Shown here: positions 1 to 10,563 of the stretch, one piece after another
How positions within the stretch are numbered: the stretch's first letter is position 1
Layout of the letters: every line of letters begins with the position of its first letter
Notes under the pieces: generated by a model
What the model was told of the DNA's origin: nothing
Database searches by the model: none
Seen by the model: only the letters and a program-made list of their open reading frames with translations
Program-made: the position numbers and the translations under genes
Origin: Ignavibacteria bacterium
GTDB taxonomy: Bacteria; Elusimicrobiota; Endomicrobiia; PHAN01
DNA length: 64,000 nucleotides
NCBI GenBank assembly: GCA_041694835.1
Contig: JBGFRZ010000032.1
Location: 57-64,056, forward strand
Direction of reading: 5' to 3'

Positions 1-23
1 TCTGTGTCTTTGTGTCTCTGTGG
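1..23. repeat. Pyrimidine-rich low-complexity fragment (TCTGTGTCTTTGTGTCTCTGTGG), likely an edge fragment of the dispersed CTCTGTCCTCTG-type element family
   Basis: Sequence composition at the window start resembles the pyrimidine arms of elements A-H. Confidence 0.3.
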
Positions 24-82
24 TAAAAGGTTTAAGTTGTAGTGCTCGAATTTTTAGCATTTTAGTGTAGCGTCAGCAGACC

Positions 83-994
83 CTATTTACTTCGCGGATT
101 ATTTTTTAGAGGTGGGTTTATTGCCATTATTTCTTTTTCAATTTCGATTTTATCAAATCCAATGCCGTTTAATATGTTAAAAGCGTTCTTATGGGCTCTG
201 GAGAGAATCCGCCCGGGTTCTATTTCCCTCGCCGCACCAAGAATTTCAAGCATAAATATATCGGAACAATTTGTCTTTTTTATGAGATGAACCAATTCGC
301 GCCAGTTTATATTTCCATCTCCGGGAACGAAGTGATTGTCGTTTGTGCCGTTGTTGTCCGATATGTGAAATGAGTTTACCGTCATTGAGAGCTTTTCAAA
401 AGCATTTATGCATCCTTTCTGCCAAAGATTCGTGTGCGAAGTGTCAAAGCAAAATCCACAGACCGATACTGAAAACCCTTCTATGAGTTTCTTTAAAACC
501 GCGATCTCGCCGCCGAATACATGCGGAAGCTGGGTTTCAATCGCCAACTTCACACCAAGGTCTTCGGCCCTTATGTAAAGGGATTCAAGGCTCTGGCGAC
601 ATTTTGAAAACCTTACGGATATGTTGTCCTTTAACGACTGTTCACTGCTCGCCGGATGGACTATCAGAATTTTTCCTCCGAGCTGCTTCATACAATACAT
701 TGAACGTTCGACTTCGGATACGGAAAACGTTCTTATAGCATCATCCGGACTCGACAAATCTATGGTGGGCGAAAAAGGAGAGTGAAGCGATTCGACCCTT
801 ATGCCGAGACCTCTGATGCAGACCTCGAGCGACTTTATTTCAAGATCCTTGTGCCAGTTGAAGTGACTGAAAGCCCCGTACTTCCCCGCTCCCGCCCATA
901 TTTCAACCACATTGAAGCCGGCTTCCTTTATCGTTGGAAGGACGGCGAGTATGCTTTCGTCGTAAAAAAGAGCCGTCGATATTCCTATTTCCAT
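83..994 (-). CDS. Sugar phosphate isomerase/epimerase (xylose isomerase-like TIM barrel)
   Basis: 303-aa ORF; general resemblance to AP endonuclease 2 / xylose-isomerase-like TIM-barrel proteins (my recollection of the family, not a search result). Confidence 0.55.
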   Translation of the reverse strand: MEIGISTALFYDESILAVLPTIKEAGFNVVEIWAGAGKYGAFSHFNWHKDLEIKSLEVCIRGLGIRVESLHSPFSPTIDLSSPDDAIRTFSVSEVERSMYCMKQLGGKILIVHPASSEQSLKDNISVRFSKCRQSLESLYIRAEDLGVKLAIETQLPHVFGGEIAVLKKLIEGFSVSVCGFCFDTSHTNLWQKGCINAFEKLSMTVNSFHISDNNGTNDNHFVPGDGNINWRELVHLIKKTNCSDIFMLEILGAAREIEPGRILSRAHKNAFNILNGIGFDKIEIEKEIMAINPPLKNNPRSK

Positions 995-2397
995 CAGGGA
1001 TTACCTGTCCATTTGTAATTAGTGAGATTAAATCCGCAGTTAGGCCTCCAACAGTATCCCTTCTCGCCGTGTGAAAAACAGTTCAAATCCTCTTCTCTGT
1101 CAACACCCGACGCGATGAGGCCGGCGAAAATACGAATATAAAAATTAGCCCTCGTCGAAGCGTCGTATTTGAACCACTGCGGACCCCACTGGTAATTTCT
1201 TTCAAGCTTTGATCTTACCAGCCCGGCGATATGTTTCGGATGCCATCCTTGCTTCATAAGGACCCTTGTGAGCGTTTGGAGGTTTGTTGGCCTGAGTATG
1301 TTGGGATTGGGCTCCCCGATGCAGTGAGCCACGCACGGAGGCAAACCCGATAAATCCAATCTGTCATAAGTACAGTGCCACTTCTCCGGATGATCGTGCT
1401 CTGCTCCATCGAAGTATTTGTGAAATTTATAAAGTTCCGAACGTTTGTAGGAGTTTATCAGCCTTTCTGCCCCGGCGGAGGATTCGGGGATAGTGGTGTC
1501 GGAAGTTTTTGCGTAATTAACCGCCGCATCAAAACTTTTCCTAACATTCAAAAGTTCGGAGAGATTCGGAGCGTATCTGGGAAGCGTGATAAGGGCGGGA
1601 ATTGCCATCGACGTGGATTCGCCGAACTTGCATTTAAAAATTTTGTGCTTCTGGTAGAGAGAAAAAGGACATCTGACGTCTCTCATAAAAACCGGATCGC
1701 CGTACATCGAAAGATCGATAGATATCGCTTCCTTGTTTTTGCCTATCGCGGTGTCGGTGAATACAACGGGCATGCCGACGTAATCCTTTCTCAGGCTCTC
1801 GAAAACTCTGTGTCCCAGGTATTCCAGGAGCCTTCCCATGCCGTCGAAAGCGAGGCCGTCTTCTATTTTGACTTTGTGCACTCTTTTGCCGTGAGTTGAG
1901 TTGTATTTGCCGACGAGAGAGCTTTCCAACTTTCCCAGCGATTCCAGCTGCTTTTTTACGGGGGAAGATGATGTTACCCTGAAACTGAAATGATAACCCT
2001 GTCCCGTCATTATGCACAGCGGATTTATCCCGAAATCCTGAAAGAGCGCAAGGAGTTTCTGATAAACAGGCTCTATCGAGTTGTATGTTCTTTCCTGTTT
2101 CCAATAAGCGTCGGCGGGGTGGACGAGGTTGAAATACTCTACATCCAGGATGCCGAGAATGTTTTCGGCGTCCCACACCGACCTGAAAAGATCGACTTCT
2201 TTTTCAAGAAGCCAGTTGAAAGATTTTCTGTCGGTGGAATAAAAATACTCCTCCGAAATCCCCTCCCTGACCATTTTTTCGCTGACGCCGACCAGATATA
2301 CTGCGGTGAATGTATCGGGAACATCCGAATTCCCCCCACAGTATTGCGCCAGCCTATGCCTTATAAGAGGATTTTTGTAAAATTCGTATCTATTCAT
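994..2397 (-). CDS. Conserved hypothetical protein with Cys-rich C-terminus; possibly carbohydrate-active; no domain confidently recognised
   Basis: 467-aa uninterrupted ORF; overlaps the downstream gene stop; neighbours are sugar-nucleotide genes. Confidence 0.35.
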   Translation of the reverse strand: MNRYEFYKNPLIRHRLAQYCGGNSDVPDTFTAVYLVGVSEKMVREGISEEYFYSTDRKSFNWLLEKEVDLFRSVWDAENILGILDVEYFNLVHPADAYWKQERTYNSIEPVYQKLLALFQDFGINPLCIMTGQGYHFSFRVTSSSPVKKQLESLGKLESSLVGKYNSTHGKRVHKVKIEDGLAFDGMGRLLEYLGHRVFESLRKDYVGMPVVFTDTAIGKNKEAISIDLSMYGDPVFMRDVRCPFSLYQKHKIFKCKFGESTSMAIPALITLPRYAPNLSELLNVRKSFDAAVNYAKTSDTTIPESSAGAERLINSYKRSELYKFHKYFDGAEHDHPEKWHCTYDRLDLSGLPPCVAHCIGEPNPNILRPTNLQTLTRVLMKQGWHPKHIAGLVRSKLERNYQWGPQWFKYDASTRANFYIRIFAGLIASGVDREEDLNCFSHGEKGYCWRPNCGFNLTNYKWTGNP

Positions 2398-2435
2398 AAT
2401 TTATGCCTTTTAGCCGCCATCGGAGTGGGGCAGAT

Positions 2436-3122
2436 TTATTCTTTCTGCATGCAGAGTTTTTTTAATTTATGGATGTTCATCACGAATATTTTTTTATCAA
2501 TTATATCTATATATCTGAGCCGTTTAAAAATGTTGAGTTGTCTGGACACCACCTCGCGCGAAGTGCCGGCAATCTCGGCAAGATCCTGATGTGAGAGCTT
2601 CATTTTAAGTTCGGCGCCATGCCTTGTTTTCTTGGAATACTTTGCGGTCAAATCGACGAGAGCCTTCGCAAGACGGGCGGGAAGAGACCTGAAAGACAAA
2701 CGTTCTATCTCCTTGTCCGCGTTTCGCAGTCTTATCGTCAAAGTCTTGAGTATGTAAAATATAAGGTCTGTGTCTTTCGATATAAGAGCGTTGAAATCCT
2801 TTTTTTCTATGACCATAAGCTCGCATTCCTCAAGAGCCACCGATGAGGCTGAGCGGGGCTTCAAATCAATGAGAGACATCTCGCCGAAAAACTCACCGGG
2901 GTTTAAATAAGCGAGTGTTTTTTTCTTTATCCCGGCCTGCGCGAAGATTTTCACAACCCCCGCAATAACTATATAGAGAGCGTTTCCGGCGGAGTCGCCG
3001 TCGAATACCATCTCACCGGGTCTATATTTTTTAAGTTTTCCGAGAGATATTATCTTTTTTAAGTTTTTGTCGGAGAGATGCTTGAACAGGAATATTTTCT
3101 TCAATACTTTTTTTATGCTCAT
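2436..3122 (-). CDS. Crp/Fnr family transcriptional regulator (cNMP-binding domain plus C-terminal HTH)
   Basis: GEFFGEMSLID cNMP-binding motif; HTH stretch LSHQDLAEIAGTSREVVSRQL. Confidence 0.8.
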   Translation of the reverse strand: MSIKKVLKKIFLFKHLSDKNLKKIISLGKLKKYRPGEMVFDGDSAGNALYIVIAGVVKIFAQAGIKKKTLAYLNPGEFFGEMSLIDLKPRSASSVALEECELMVIEKKDFNALISKDTDLIFYILKTLTIRLRNADKEIERLSFRSLPARLAKALVDLTAKYSKKTRHGAELKMKLSHQDLAEIAGTSREVVSRQLNIFKRLRYIDIIDKKIFVMNIHKLKKLCMQKE

Positions 3123-3790
3123 ATATCCTCCAAGGATTTGTCTATGTTTCTTCTGTCGTTTTCAGGGGTAATTATGCCTCCCGTTATTATAAGTTTTATC
3201 GCATCGTCAACACTCATTTCAAGCTCTATTGTGTCCTGTTGCGGAACAAACAGGAGAAAGCCAGTGGTGGGATTGGGGGTGCTGGGCAAAAACACGTTTA
3301 CAACTTCCTCTTTTGTCTTTGCCTGAACCTCGCCCATGGCTGTGGCCGTCACAAACCCTAAAGAGTAAACACCCCTTCTGGGATATTCGATTAAGACAAC
3401 CTTCTTGAACGCTTTTCTTTTTGTGAATATGTAAACAGTAAGTTTTCTTACGGCCGTGTATACCTCCTTCAATATCGGAACCTTTACAAAAAGGCTCTCG
3501 AGTTTTACAAGCAGTCTTCTTCCGGCTATATTTGTCGCAACCACCCCAACAAGCCAGACGGCAAAAAGTGTTACAAAAAAACTCAGGAGTCTCCCGAAAA
3601 ACCTGCTTTCCTCGGGCTCGAAGAATATGCGAAAAATCGGTGTTATCACCGGAGTAAACACCCCGCTTACAAGTTTGAAGATAATCCACAAAACGTTCAA
3701 CGTTACCCATAATGGAAGAATAGTAATTATCCCGGTGAACAGATATCTCATTATGTTGCTTTTTGCAGCCTGCTTTTCCATATTTTTCAC
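3119..3790 (-). CDS. DUF502-family membrane protein
   Basis: N-terminal TM helices; sequence typical of DUF502; 4-bp overlap with neighbouring genes. Confidence 0.55.
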   Translation of the reverse strand: MKNMEKQAAKSNIMRYLFTGIITILPLWVTLNVLWIIFKLVSGVFTPVITPIFRIFFEPEESRFFGRLLSFFVTLFAVWLVGVVATNIAGRRLLVKLESLFVKVPILKEVYTAVRKLTVYIFTKRKAFKKVVLIEYPRRGVYSLGFVTATAMGEVQAKTKEEVVNVFLPSTPNPTTGFLLFVPQQDTIELEMSVDDAIKLIITGGIITPENDRRNIDKSLEDI

Positions 3791-5226
3791 CTCTTGATGA
3801 AGGACTCCCCGATCGCGGCGAGTTTTTTAAGCTTAGACGCAGAAGATGTTTCAAGATACAATCTTACCACGGGCTCGGTGCCGCTCAGTCGTATTCCGAG
3901 CCACGACGAATCATCAAATATGAACTTATATCCGTCGATGGTGATTGTTTCTGCAACCTTTATGCCGTCGATTTCTTTCGGAGGATTTTTCGAAAGCCTA
4001 TTTTTCAGCCCTCCCATCTGCTCCTGCGTCAAATGAAAGTTCAACCTCTCGGTGTGGACTTCTCCTACGAGAGCCATAATTTCAGAGAGTATTTCCTTAA
4101 GCGTTTTTTTCTGAACGCATACGGCTTCAAGTGCAAGCAGGCAGGCAAGAATTCCGTCTTTTTCCGGGACATGTCCCCTTACGGTCAGTCCTCCGGACTC
4201 TTCTCCACCTATGATGAAATCCCCCTTTTTCGAAGGATACGCTGAGTTTTCCCTGACCATATAATCGCCTATATATTTAAACCCGACGGGGGTCTCTATG
4301 ACATCGACCTTGAAATGTTTTGCGATATTGTCTATCAGATTCGTCGTCATTACAGAGCGGACGACAGCGCCTTTGTATTTCTTTTCTTTTACGAAATGAT
4401 AAAGCAAAATGGAGAGAATATGATTGGGTGTTATGAAACTTCCGTCGGCGTCTAAAACGCCAAATCTGTCAGCGTCGCCGTCGGTCGCGACGCCAAGCCT
4501 CAGTTTTTCATCCTTCATCACACCGTAAAGATTTTTAAGGTTCTCTCTTGATGGCTCAGGCGAACCGCCTTCAAAAAGAACATCCCTTTCCTCATTTAGA
4601 ACCGTTATGTCGACACCAGCCTCCTCGAGTATGTTGTCCAGATATCCTATGGCCGTACCGTGAAGGAGATCGACGCCTATTTTAATTTTAGACTTTCTTA
4701 TCTCATCCAGATCGACGAGCGTTTTTATATACTTTAAGTAACTCCCCGAAGGATCCACCATTTCAAGAAGTTTGTTTTTAGCTGCATCTTTCAAATCCAT
4801 CCTTTTTACTTTTAATCTTGGGGATTCGCAGTATTTTTCGACGACTTGCGTTACATTCGGGGTGGCAGCTCCGCCCGTCGAGGGAGAAAACTTCAGCCCT
4901 TGATATTGATACGGATTATGACTTGCCGTGAAATTGATGCCGCCGGAAAGCTTTCTTCTTATGATATCAAAGGATATAACCGGCGTTGGGGTATCCCTGT
5001 TGCAAAGAAACGTCTTTATTTCGTTCGCACAAAGAACTTCGGTGGCAGATTCTGAAAACTTCTCCGAAAGAAATCTCGTGTCACCCCCTACAATTACGGA
5101 AGGTCTTTTTGAATGAATCTTGATGTAATTCGCTATCGCCTGTGTTAGGAGCCTTACGTTCTCAAATGTAAATTCATCGGCTATTATCGCCCGCCATCCC
5201 GATGTGCCGAATTTTATTTTTGACAT
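3787..5226 (-). CDS. Phosphomannomutase/phosphoglucomutase
   Basis: Active-site motif TASHNP, GGEESGG sugar-binding loop, DGDADR metal-binding loop. Confidence 0.85.
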   Translation of the reverse strand: MSKIKFGTSGWRAIIADEFTFENVRLLTQAIANYIKIHSKRPSVIVGGDTRFLSEKFSESATEVLCANEIKTFLCNRDTPTPVISFDIIRRKLSGGINFTASHNPYQYQGLKFSPSTGGAATPNVTQVVEKYCESPRLKVKRMDLKDAAKNKLLEMVDPSGSYLKYIKTLVDLDEIRKSKIKIGVDLLHGTAIGYLDNILEEAGVDITVLNEERDVLFEGGSPEPSRENLKNLYGVMKDEKLRLGVATDGDADRFGVLDADGSFITPNHILSILLYHFVKEKKYKGAVVRSVMTTNLIDNIAKHFKVDVIETPVGFKYIGDYMVRENSAYPSKKGDFIIGGEESGGLTVRGHVPEKDGILACLLALEAVCVQKKTLKEILSEIMALVGEVHTERLNFHLTQEQMGGLKNRLSKNPPKEIDGIKVAETITIDGYKFIFDDSSWLGIRLSGTEPVVRLYLETSSASKLKKLAAIGESFIKR

Positions 5227-5235
5227 AAAAACCCC

Positions 5236-7734
5236 TCACTCCTGCCATTCTTTAATTTTTGCCGAATACTCTTCCATGAGTTTTACAGAATCTTTTTCGC
5301 TCCTTGTTTCTACCCAGAGATGAAAATAACTTTCATCGGCATCGGGAAGCATGAGCGCCCATCCCTCTTCAAGCAAGAGCTTGACCCCATCGATAAGTTC
5401 ATGTTTTTTGTCCTTGGCAAAGTCGATGGCCCTCCTCATCACCGTCCCTTTTTTATCCCACGGACACGGTATCTTTTCATGGTAAATTTTAAACGAGGGT
5501 ATTTCTCTTGAGAGATGGTTGAGTCGGTCTCCGTTCGACGAGAGCATCTCTATAATTTTGCCAAGAGCGTAAAGGGCGTCAAAAGCACACTGGAATTCCG
5601 GGAAGATGTATCCTCCGTATGTGTTTCCAGCAAGGACAACGTCTTCTTTGTGGGCGGAATTTACTATGTTTTTGTTCGAAACAGAAGTTCTTTTTATCGT
5701 AATGTTATAGTTGGCCGCTAGTTCCTCTATAACCAACGAGGCGTTGACGGGAACGGCGATAACTCCGCTCTTATAGGTTTTCATTGCAAGCAATGCCACT
5801 AATATCATCGCGAAATCGTTCGGAAGTATTTTCCCTTTTTCATCGACTATGAAAAGCCTCTCCGCCCCGTTGTCAATCATGAAACCCACGTCGGCGTTTA
5901 AAGTTGTGACTATGTCGGAAAGTTGTTCAAGATATTTGCGCCGTTCTTCGCGCGATATGGAAACCTTGAGCGGGTTGATGTAGGAATTGAGTGCTATAAC
6001 CTCTACGCCGAGTTTTCCAAAAATACCCGGAAAAATCAAAGCGGCGGTCGAGTATGCGTAATCAAGAACGACTTTCATATCGGCCTTCGACATGATACCC
6101 ATTTTGATGGATTTCAGATAGCCAGTCCTGTAATATTCGGCCGCGCGGGGGGGAACTATCACCTCGTCTATCTCGTCGGGTGGTGACCTTTTGAAATCCT
6201 CCCTTAAAAAAAGCTGTTCTATCGCCTTTTCCTGATGGATAGATATCTCATCACCCTTTTCGTCGAAAAACTTTATGTCCATAACCTTCGGGTCCTTGGG
6301 TGATATCTTGACATGGACGCCGCCAGCTTCTCCTTCCTTTCCTATTTCGTATCTGAAAACCGGAAGAGGGGCGGTCTGGAGATCTCCGACTTTGACTCCG
6401 GCCGAAAGAAGTCCCGATATGAAAGTTCTCTTTATCATCCTGCTGGCCGGATGTGAGTCTCGGGAAGTTATCACGTATCTCCCCTTGCCTACATACGCCC
6501 CGTACGCCGAACCTACTTTCGCTGCGAACTCCGGCGTTATCTCGATATTCGCCAGTCCTGAAATCCCCCATGTGCCGAACAAAGCCTTGTGCCATACTTC
6601 ACCCCAGACAAGACTTGTCGAAAGTGTAGAGCCATCTTCAACAACTTTGTGAGGCCATATCTTCACGCCCGCCCTTATAGTTGCGCCGTCACCTATTTTG
6701 CATTCGTCGCTTATTACAGTACCAACCTGAATTACCGCCCTGTTGCCGACCGACACGTTGTACCCGATCACCGCTTCCTTTATGCGGGAGTTTTGTCCCA
6801 CCTGAGAATACGACCATATTACGGAACCCGAAATTACACTTCCTGATTTTATCGCTACATTGTCGCCTATAACGCTTTTAGAGAGTTTGACGCCGCTTTC
6901 AATTATGCAGTTTTTCCCTATTATGCAGGGAGTATCTATCTCGGCGTCCTTTGAGATTTTCGTATTCTCGCCAACTATGAACTCTGAATTTTTGAGTTTT
7001 ATTTTTCTCCCTTTTATCCCAACCGTGACCTTTGCGTCGAGGATGTCGTAATGCCCCAGGCGATATTCGTCGAGGTTGCCGACATCTTTCCAGTATCCGC
7101 TTGCGACGTGTCCGTAGAGCTCTTTGTCGTCGGAAAGTAATCGCGGAAAGAGGTCCTTTGAAAAATCGAAGTTTTTCTGCTCCGGTATGTATTCGAAGAC
7201 GGTCGGCTCAAGTATGTAGATGCCGGTATTTATCGTATCCGAAAAGACCTCGCCCCAGGAAGGTTTTTCCAGAAACCTTTCGATTTTGCCGTCCTGATTT
7301 GTGATGACCACACCGTAGGCGAGAGGATTTTCAACTCTCGTCAATACGATTGTCGCCGAGGCTTTTTTCTCTTCGTGCTCCTTCATCGCCGCCGTTAAAT
7401 CGAAATCGGTCAAAACATCGCCCGAAATAACGAGGAATCTCTCGGTTAAATATTTCTCCGTGAATTTCACGCAGCCGGCAGTGCCGAGATCGCTGTCGGG
7501 TTTCAGATAGCTTATCTTTATGTCAAAGGAGCTCCCGTCGCCGAAATGATTGGTTATGACCTCGGGCTGATAGAAAAGGAGCATTATGAGCTCTGAGAAA
7601 CCATGTGATTTCAAGAGTTCCACTATATGCTCAAGCATCGGAACGTTAGCCATCGGAACCATCGGTTTGGGAATGTTGGTCGAAAGTGGCCTCAGACGAG
7701 TGCCGAATCCACCTGCCATTATCACCGCTTTCAT
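5236..7734 (-). CDS. Bifunctional sugar-1-phosphate nucleotidyltransferase (mannose-1-P guanylyltransferase-like) / phosphohexomutase fusion
   Basis: N-terminal MAGGFGTRLRPLS nucleotidyltransferase motif, left-handed beta-helix hexapeptide repeats, C-terminal phosphomutase domain (TSRDSHPASRM). Confidence 0.75.
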   Translation of the reverse strand: MKAVIMAGGFGTRLRPLSTNIPKPMVPMANVPMLEHIVELLKSHGFSELIMLLFYQPEVITNHFGDGSSFDIKISYLKPDSDLGTAGCVKFTEKYLTERFLVISGDVLTDFDLTAAMKEHEEKKASATIVLTRVENPLAYGVVITNQDGKIERFLEKPSWGEVFSDTINTGIYILEPTVFEYIPEQKNFDFSKDLFPRLLSDDKELYGHVASGYWKDVGNLDEYRLGHYDILDAKVTVGIKGRKIKLKNSEFIVGENTKISKDAEIDTPCIIGKNCIIESGVKLSKSVIGDNVAIKSGSVISGSVIWSYSQVGQNSRIKEAVIGYNVSVGNRAVIQVGTVISDECKIGDGATIRAGVKIWPHKVVEDGSTLSTSLVWGEVWHKALFGTWGISGLANIEITPEFAAKVGSAYGAYVGKGRYVITSRDSHPASRMIKRTFISGLLSAGVKVGDLQTAPLPVFRYEIGKEGEAGGVHVKISPKDPKVMDIKFFDEKGDEISIHQEKAIEQLFLREDFKRSPPDEIDEVIVPPRAAEYYRTGYLKSIKMGIMSKADMKVVLDYAYSTAALIFPGIFGKLGVEVIALNSYINPLKVSISREERRKYLEQLSDIVTTLNADVGFMIDNGAERLFIVDEKGKILPNDFAMILVALLAMKTYKSGVIAVPVNASLVIEELAANYNITIKRTSVSNKNIVNSAHKEDVVLAGNTYGGYIFPEFQCAFDALYALGKIIEMLSSNGDRLNHLSREIPSFKIYHEKIPCPWDKKGTVMRRAIDFAKDKKHELIDGVKLLLEEGWALMLPDADESYFHLWVETRSEKDSVKLMEEYSAKIKEWQE

Positions 7735-9665
7735 ACACTCCCCTTTGATTTTTGCCTGATAAAATTCAAGAGACCCCCGGATTGTATTATCGCTTTATCC
7801 CGCGTGGTCAGTTTTAGTGCAAGTTTTATTGTTTGAGATGTCTCATATATTTTCGCCAAAATATTATCCGAAGCGAAGTTGATTTTATCTATGATAAGAT
7901 GCTGAGCCCGTTTGATATTTTGGTAATCATAAGCATTCGAAAAAACTGCGGGCAGGAGCCCAAAATTAACAAGATTTGCCAGATGAATTCTCGCGAACGA
8001 TTTTGCCATCACGACACTAACTCCGAGATATTTCAACACAAGAGCGGCATGTTCCCTTGAAGAGCCCTGACCGTAATTTTCCCCCGCAACTATAAATCCG
8101 CCTTTACTTTTTTGCGCTCTCCTTGCGAACTCCTTATCTATGGCGTTGAACGTAAATTCCGATATCGCCGGAATATTAGAACGAAGCGGCAGAATTTTTG
8201 AGCCGGCGGGAAGTATGTGGTCGGTTGATATATTGTCGGGAAGTTTCAGCAAAACCGTTCCCGAAAGCGAACATGGAAATTTTCCGAAAACGGGAAGCGG
8301 CTTTATATTAGGACCTCTTACTATCTTGACTTCAGAGGGCTTTGCGGAAGGTGCAAGAAACATTTTTTTATCCAGCATGAGTTTCGGCATCTTGCGTCTC
8401 ACATGGAATTTAAGCGACTTCTTCGGATCCATCATTTTCCCATTTAGGGCGGCGAGCGCCGCTGTTATGGGACTTGCAAGATATACTTTTGCATCCATGG
8501 TTCCGCTTCTGCCCTCGAAATTTCTGTTGAACGTCCTTATGCTTACACCCGACGAGACAGGCGCCTGCCCCATCCCTATGCAAGGCCCACAGGCGCATTC
8601 AATAATCCGCGCGCCGCTTTTTATCAACTGCGTCAAATATCCGTGTTTTGCCAGAGTCATCAGGACGCTTCTTGAACCTGGCGCTATTACCAGGGATGTG
8701 TCAGGGTGAATCTTTTTATCATTCAGTATCCCGCTTACGACTATCATGTCAGCCAGCGACGAATTCGTGCAGCTTCCTATGCAAACCTGATCTACCTTCA
8801 GTCCAACGATTTCCGCCGCTTTCTTTACATTGTCAGGGGTGTGTGGAAGAGCCACCATCGGTTCGATTTCTGAAAGTTCTATTTCTATTTTTTCGTCGTA
8901 ACCGGCACCATCGTCAGCTGAAAGTTCAGAAAAATATTTTTTCCGTCCCGTTTCCTCAAGAAACTTCCTTGTGACGCCATCCGAAGGGAATATGGATGTC
9001 GTGGCGCCGAGTTCCGCTCCCATGTTTGCTATCGTCGCCCTCTCGGGGACTGAGAGCGTTTTTACTCCAGGGCCACTGTACTCGAATATCTTTCCTGAGC
9101 CGCCTTTTACGCCGAAGCGCCGCAGCAACTCAAGAATAACATCTTTCGCCGAGGAATAATGTTTCAGACGACCAACAAGATATACGTTTACGATTCGCGG
9201 CATCTCTATCGTAAATGGAACGCCAGCCATAGCGCATGCGACATCAAGTCCGCCAGCGCCGAAAGCCAACATTCCGATTCCGCCCGCTGTCGGCGTATGA
9301 CTGTCCGAGCCTATAAGCGTTTCTCCCGGAACAGCGAAGTTTTCAATGTGAAGCTGATGGCAGACGCCGTTCCCCGCCCCGGAAAATACGATGCCGTATT
9401 TCGACGCTACACTCCGAAGATATTTGTGGTCATCGGCGTTTTCAAATCCCGTCTGAAGTGTGTTGTGGTCGATGTAAGATACGGAAAGTTTGGTTTTTAC
9501 CTTGTCTATCCCCAAAGACTCGAACTGAAGATAAGCCAGTGTCCCTGTGGCATCCTGGGTTAGCGTCTGATCTATCCCGATTTGAATCTCGCTTCCGCAA
9601 AGCATTTCCCCTTTTACGAGATGTTTTTTTAAGATTTTTTGAGCTAAATTCATGGCGGGCTTCAT
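7731..9665 (-). CDS. Aconitase-family hydratase (fused catalytic plus swivel domains; aconitate hydratase or homoaconitase-like)
   Basis: SDSHT motif, Fe-S Cys ligands in CIGSCTNSS and CGPCIGMG, C-terminal swivel domain GQGSSREHAAL. Confidence 0.75.
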   Translation of the reverse strand: MKPAMNLAQKILKKHLVKGEMLCGSEIQIGIDQTLTQDATGTLAYLQFESLGIDKVKTKLSVSYIDHNTLQTGFENADDHKYLRSVASKYGIVFSGAGNGVCHQLHIENFAVPGETLIGSDSHTPTAGGIGMLAFGAGGLDVACAMAGVPFTIEMPRIVNVYLVGRLKHYSSAKDVILELLRRFGVKGGSGKIFEYSGPGVKTLSVPERATIANMGAELGATTSIFPSDGVTRKFLEETGRKKYFSELSADDGAGYDEKIEIELSEIEPMVALPHTPDNVKKAAEIVGLKVDQVCIGSCTNSSLADMIVVSGILNDKKIHPDTSLVIAPGSRSVLMTLAKHGYLTQLIKSGARIIECACGPCIGMGQAPVSSGVSIRTFNRNFEGRSGTMDAKVYLASPITAALAALNGKMMDPKKSLKFHVRRKMPKLMLDKKMFLAPSAKPSEVKIVRGPNIKPLPVFGKFPCSLSGTVLLKLPDNISTDHILPAGSKILPLRSNIPAISEFTFNAIDKEFARRAQKSKGGFIVAGENYGQGSSREHAALVLKYLGVSVVMAKSFARIHLANLVNFGLLPAVFSNAYDYQNIKRAQHLIIDKINFASDNILAKIYETSQTIKLALKLTTRDKAIIQSGGLLNFIRQKSKGSV

Positions 9666-9714
9666 GCTTGAAATATTCTATATTTTTTACAGGTAAAAAC
9701 AAAATAACGTCGGA

Positions 9715-10563
9715 TTATCTTTGAAATTTTTTAATCGCCGCGGGTATGTTTTCAACTATATCAGAAGCTATCATGGAAACTTCGCCCATGACACGCTTCG
9801 ACACATCGCCTGAAAGTCCGTGAAGATAGACGGTCGTCTTTGCGGCTTCATAAAGTGGCGATATCTGATTTATAACGGCGCCCATCATACCTGAAAGGAC
9901 GTCTCCGGAGCCAGCTGTGGCCATGCCTGGATTTCCCGTTTTGTTGATGTATATTCTTTTGTCATCCGCGACGATAGTCCGAAAGCCCTTGAGGACGCAA
10001 ACGGCATTATATCTCTCCGATATCGATTTGGCCGCGAACTTTCTGTTTTTTTCTATGACATCAATGGTTAAATTCAGAAGACGCGATGCTTCTTTCGGAT
10101 GGGGCGTGAGTATTAAGTTTTTACAGGATTTTTTAACGACAACGGACGATTCGGATAAAACGTTTATGCCGTCGGCGTCGATTACAGTCGGGCAGTCGAG
10201 ATTTAATATCACTTCATTTAAAATATTTTTTACGGAGTCGGTTTTCGTCAAGCCCGGGCCGAAAACAACCGAGTCGATTTTCACGTCTCCGATAAATCTT
10301 GAGATTTCATCTGCGGATTTTTTTGAGAAAACCCCCGATTCGGAAGCGAAAGAGCGAACGATAATCTCAGGTCGCACCCTTGAACAAACGACCGCATATA
10401 TCTCCGCCGGCACCCCGAGAGTGACAACGCCGGCGCCCATTCTGACAGCGCCAGCAGCAGCTAAAACTGCGGCGCCGGAATAAATCCAGGAACCTGCTAA
10501 TATAAAAACGTGTCCGTAATCGCTTTTATGTGTATCGTTTTTCCTCGGCGGAAATACTTTCAT
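9715..10563 (-). CDS. nnrD: ADP-dependent (S)-NAD(P)H-hydrate dehydratase (YjeF C-terminal domain)
   Basis: SDYGHVFILAGS...GAAVLAA...GAGVVTLG motifs typical of the carbohydrate-kinase-like Nnr dehydratase domain. Confidence 0.8.
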   Translation of the reverse strand: MKVFPPRKNDTHKSDYGHVFILAGSWIYSGAAVLAAAGAVRMGAGVVTLGVPAEIYAVVCSRVRPEIIVRSFASESGVFSKKSADEISRFIGDVKIDSVVFGPGLTKTDSVKNILNEVILNLDCPTVIDADGINVLSESSVVVKKSCKNLILTPHPKEASRLLNLTIDVIEKNRKFAAKSISERYNAVCVLKGFRTIVADDKRIYINKTGNPGMATAGSGDVLSGMMGAVINQISPLYEAAKTTVYLHGLSGDVSKRVMGEVSMIASDIVENIPAAIKKFQR

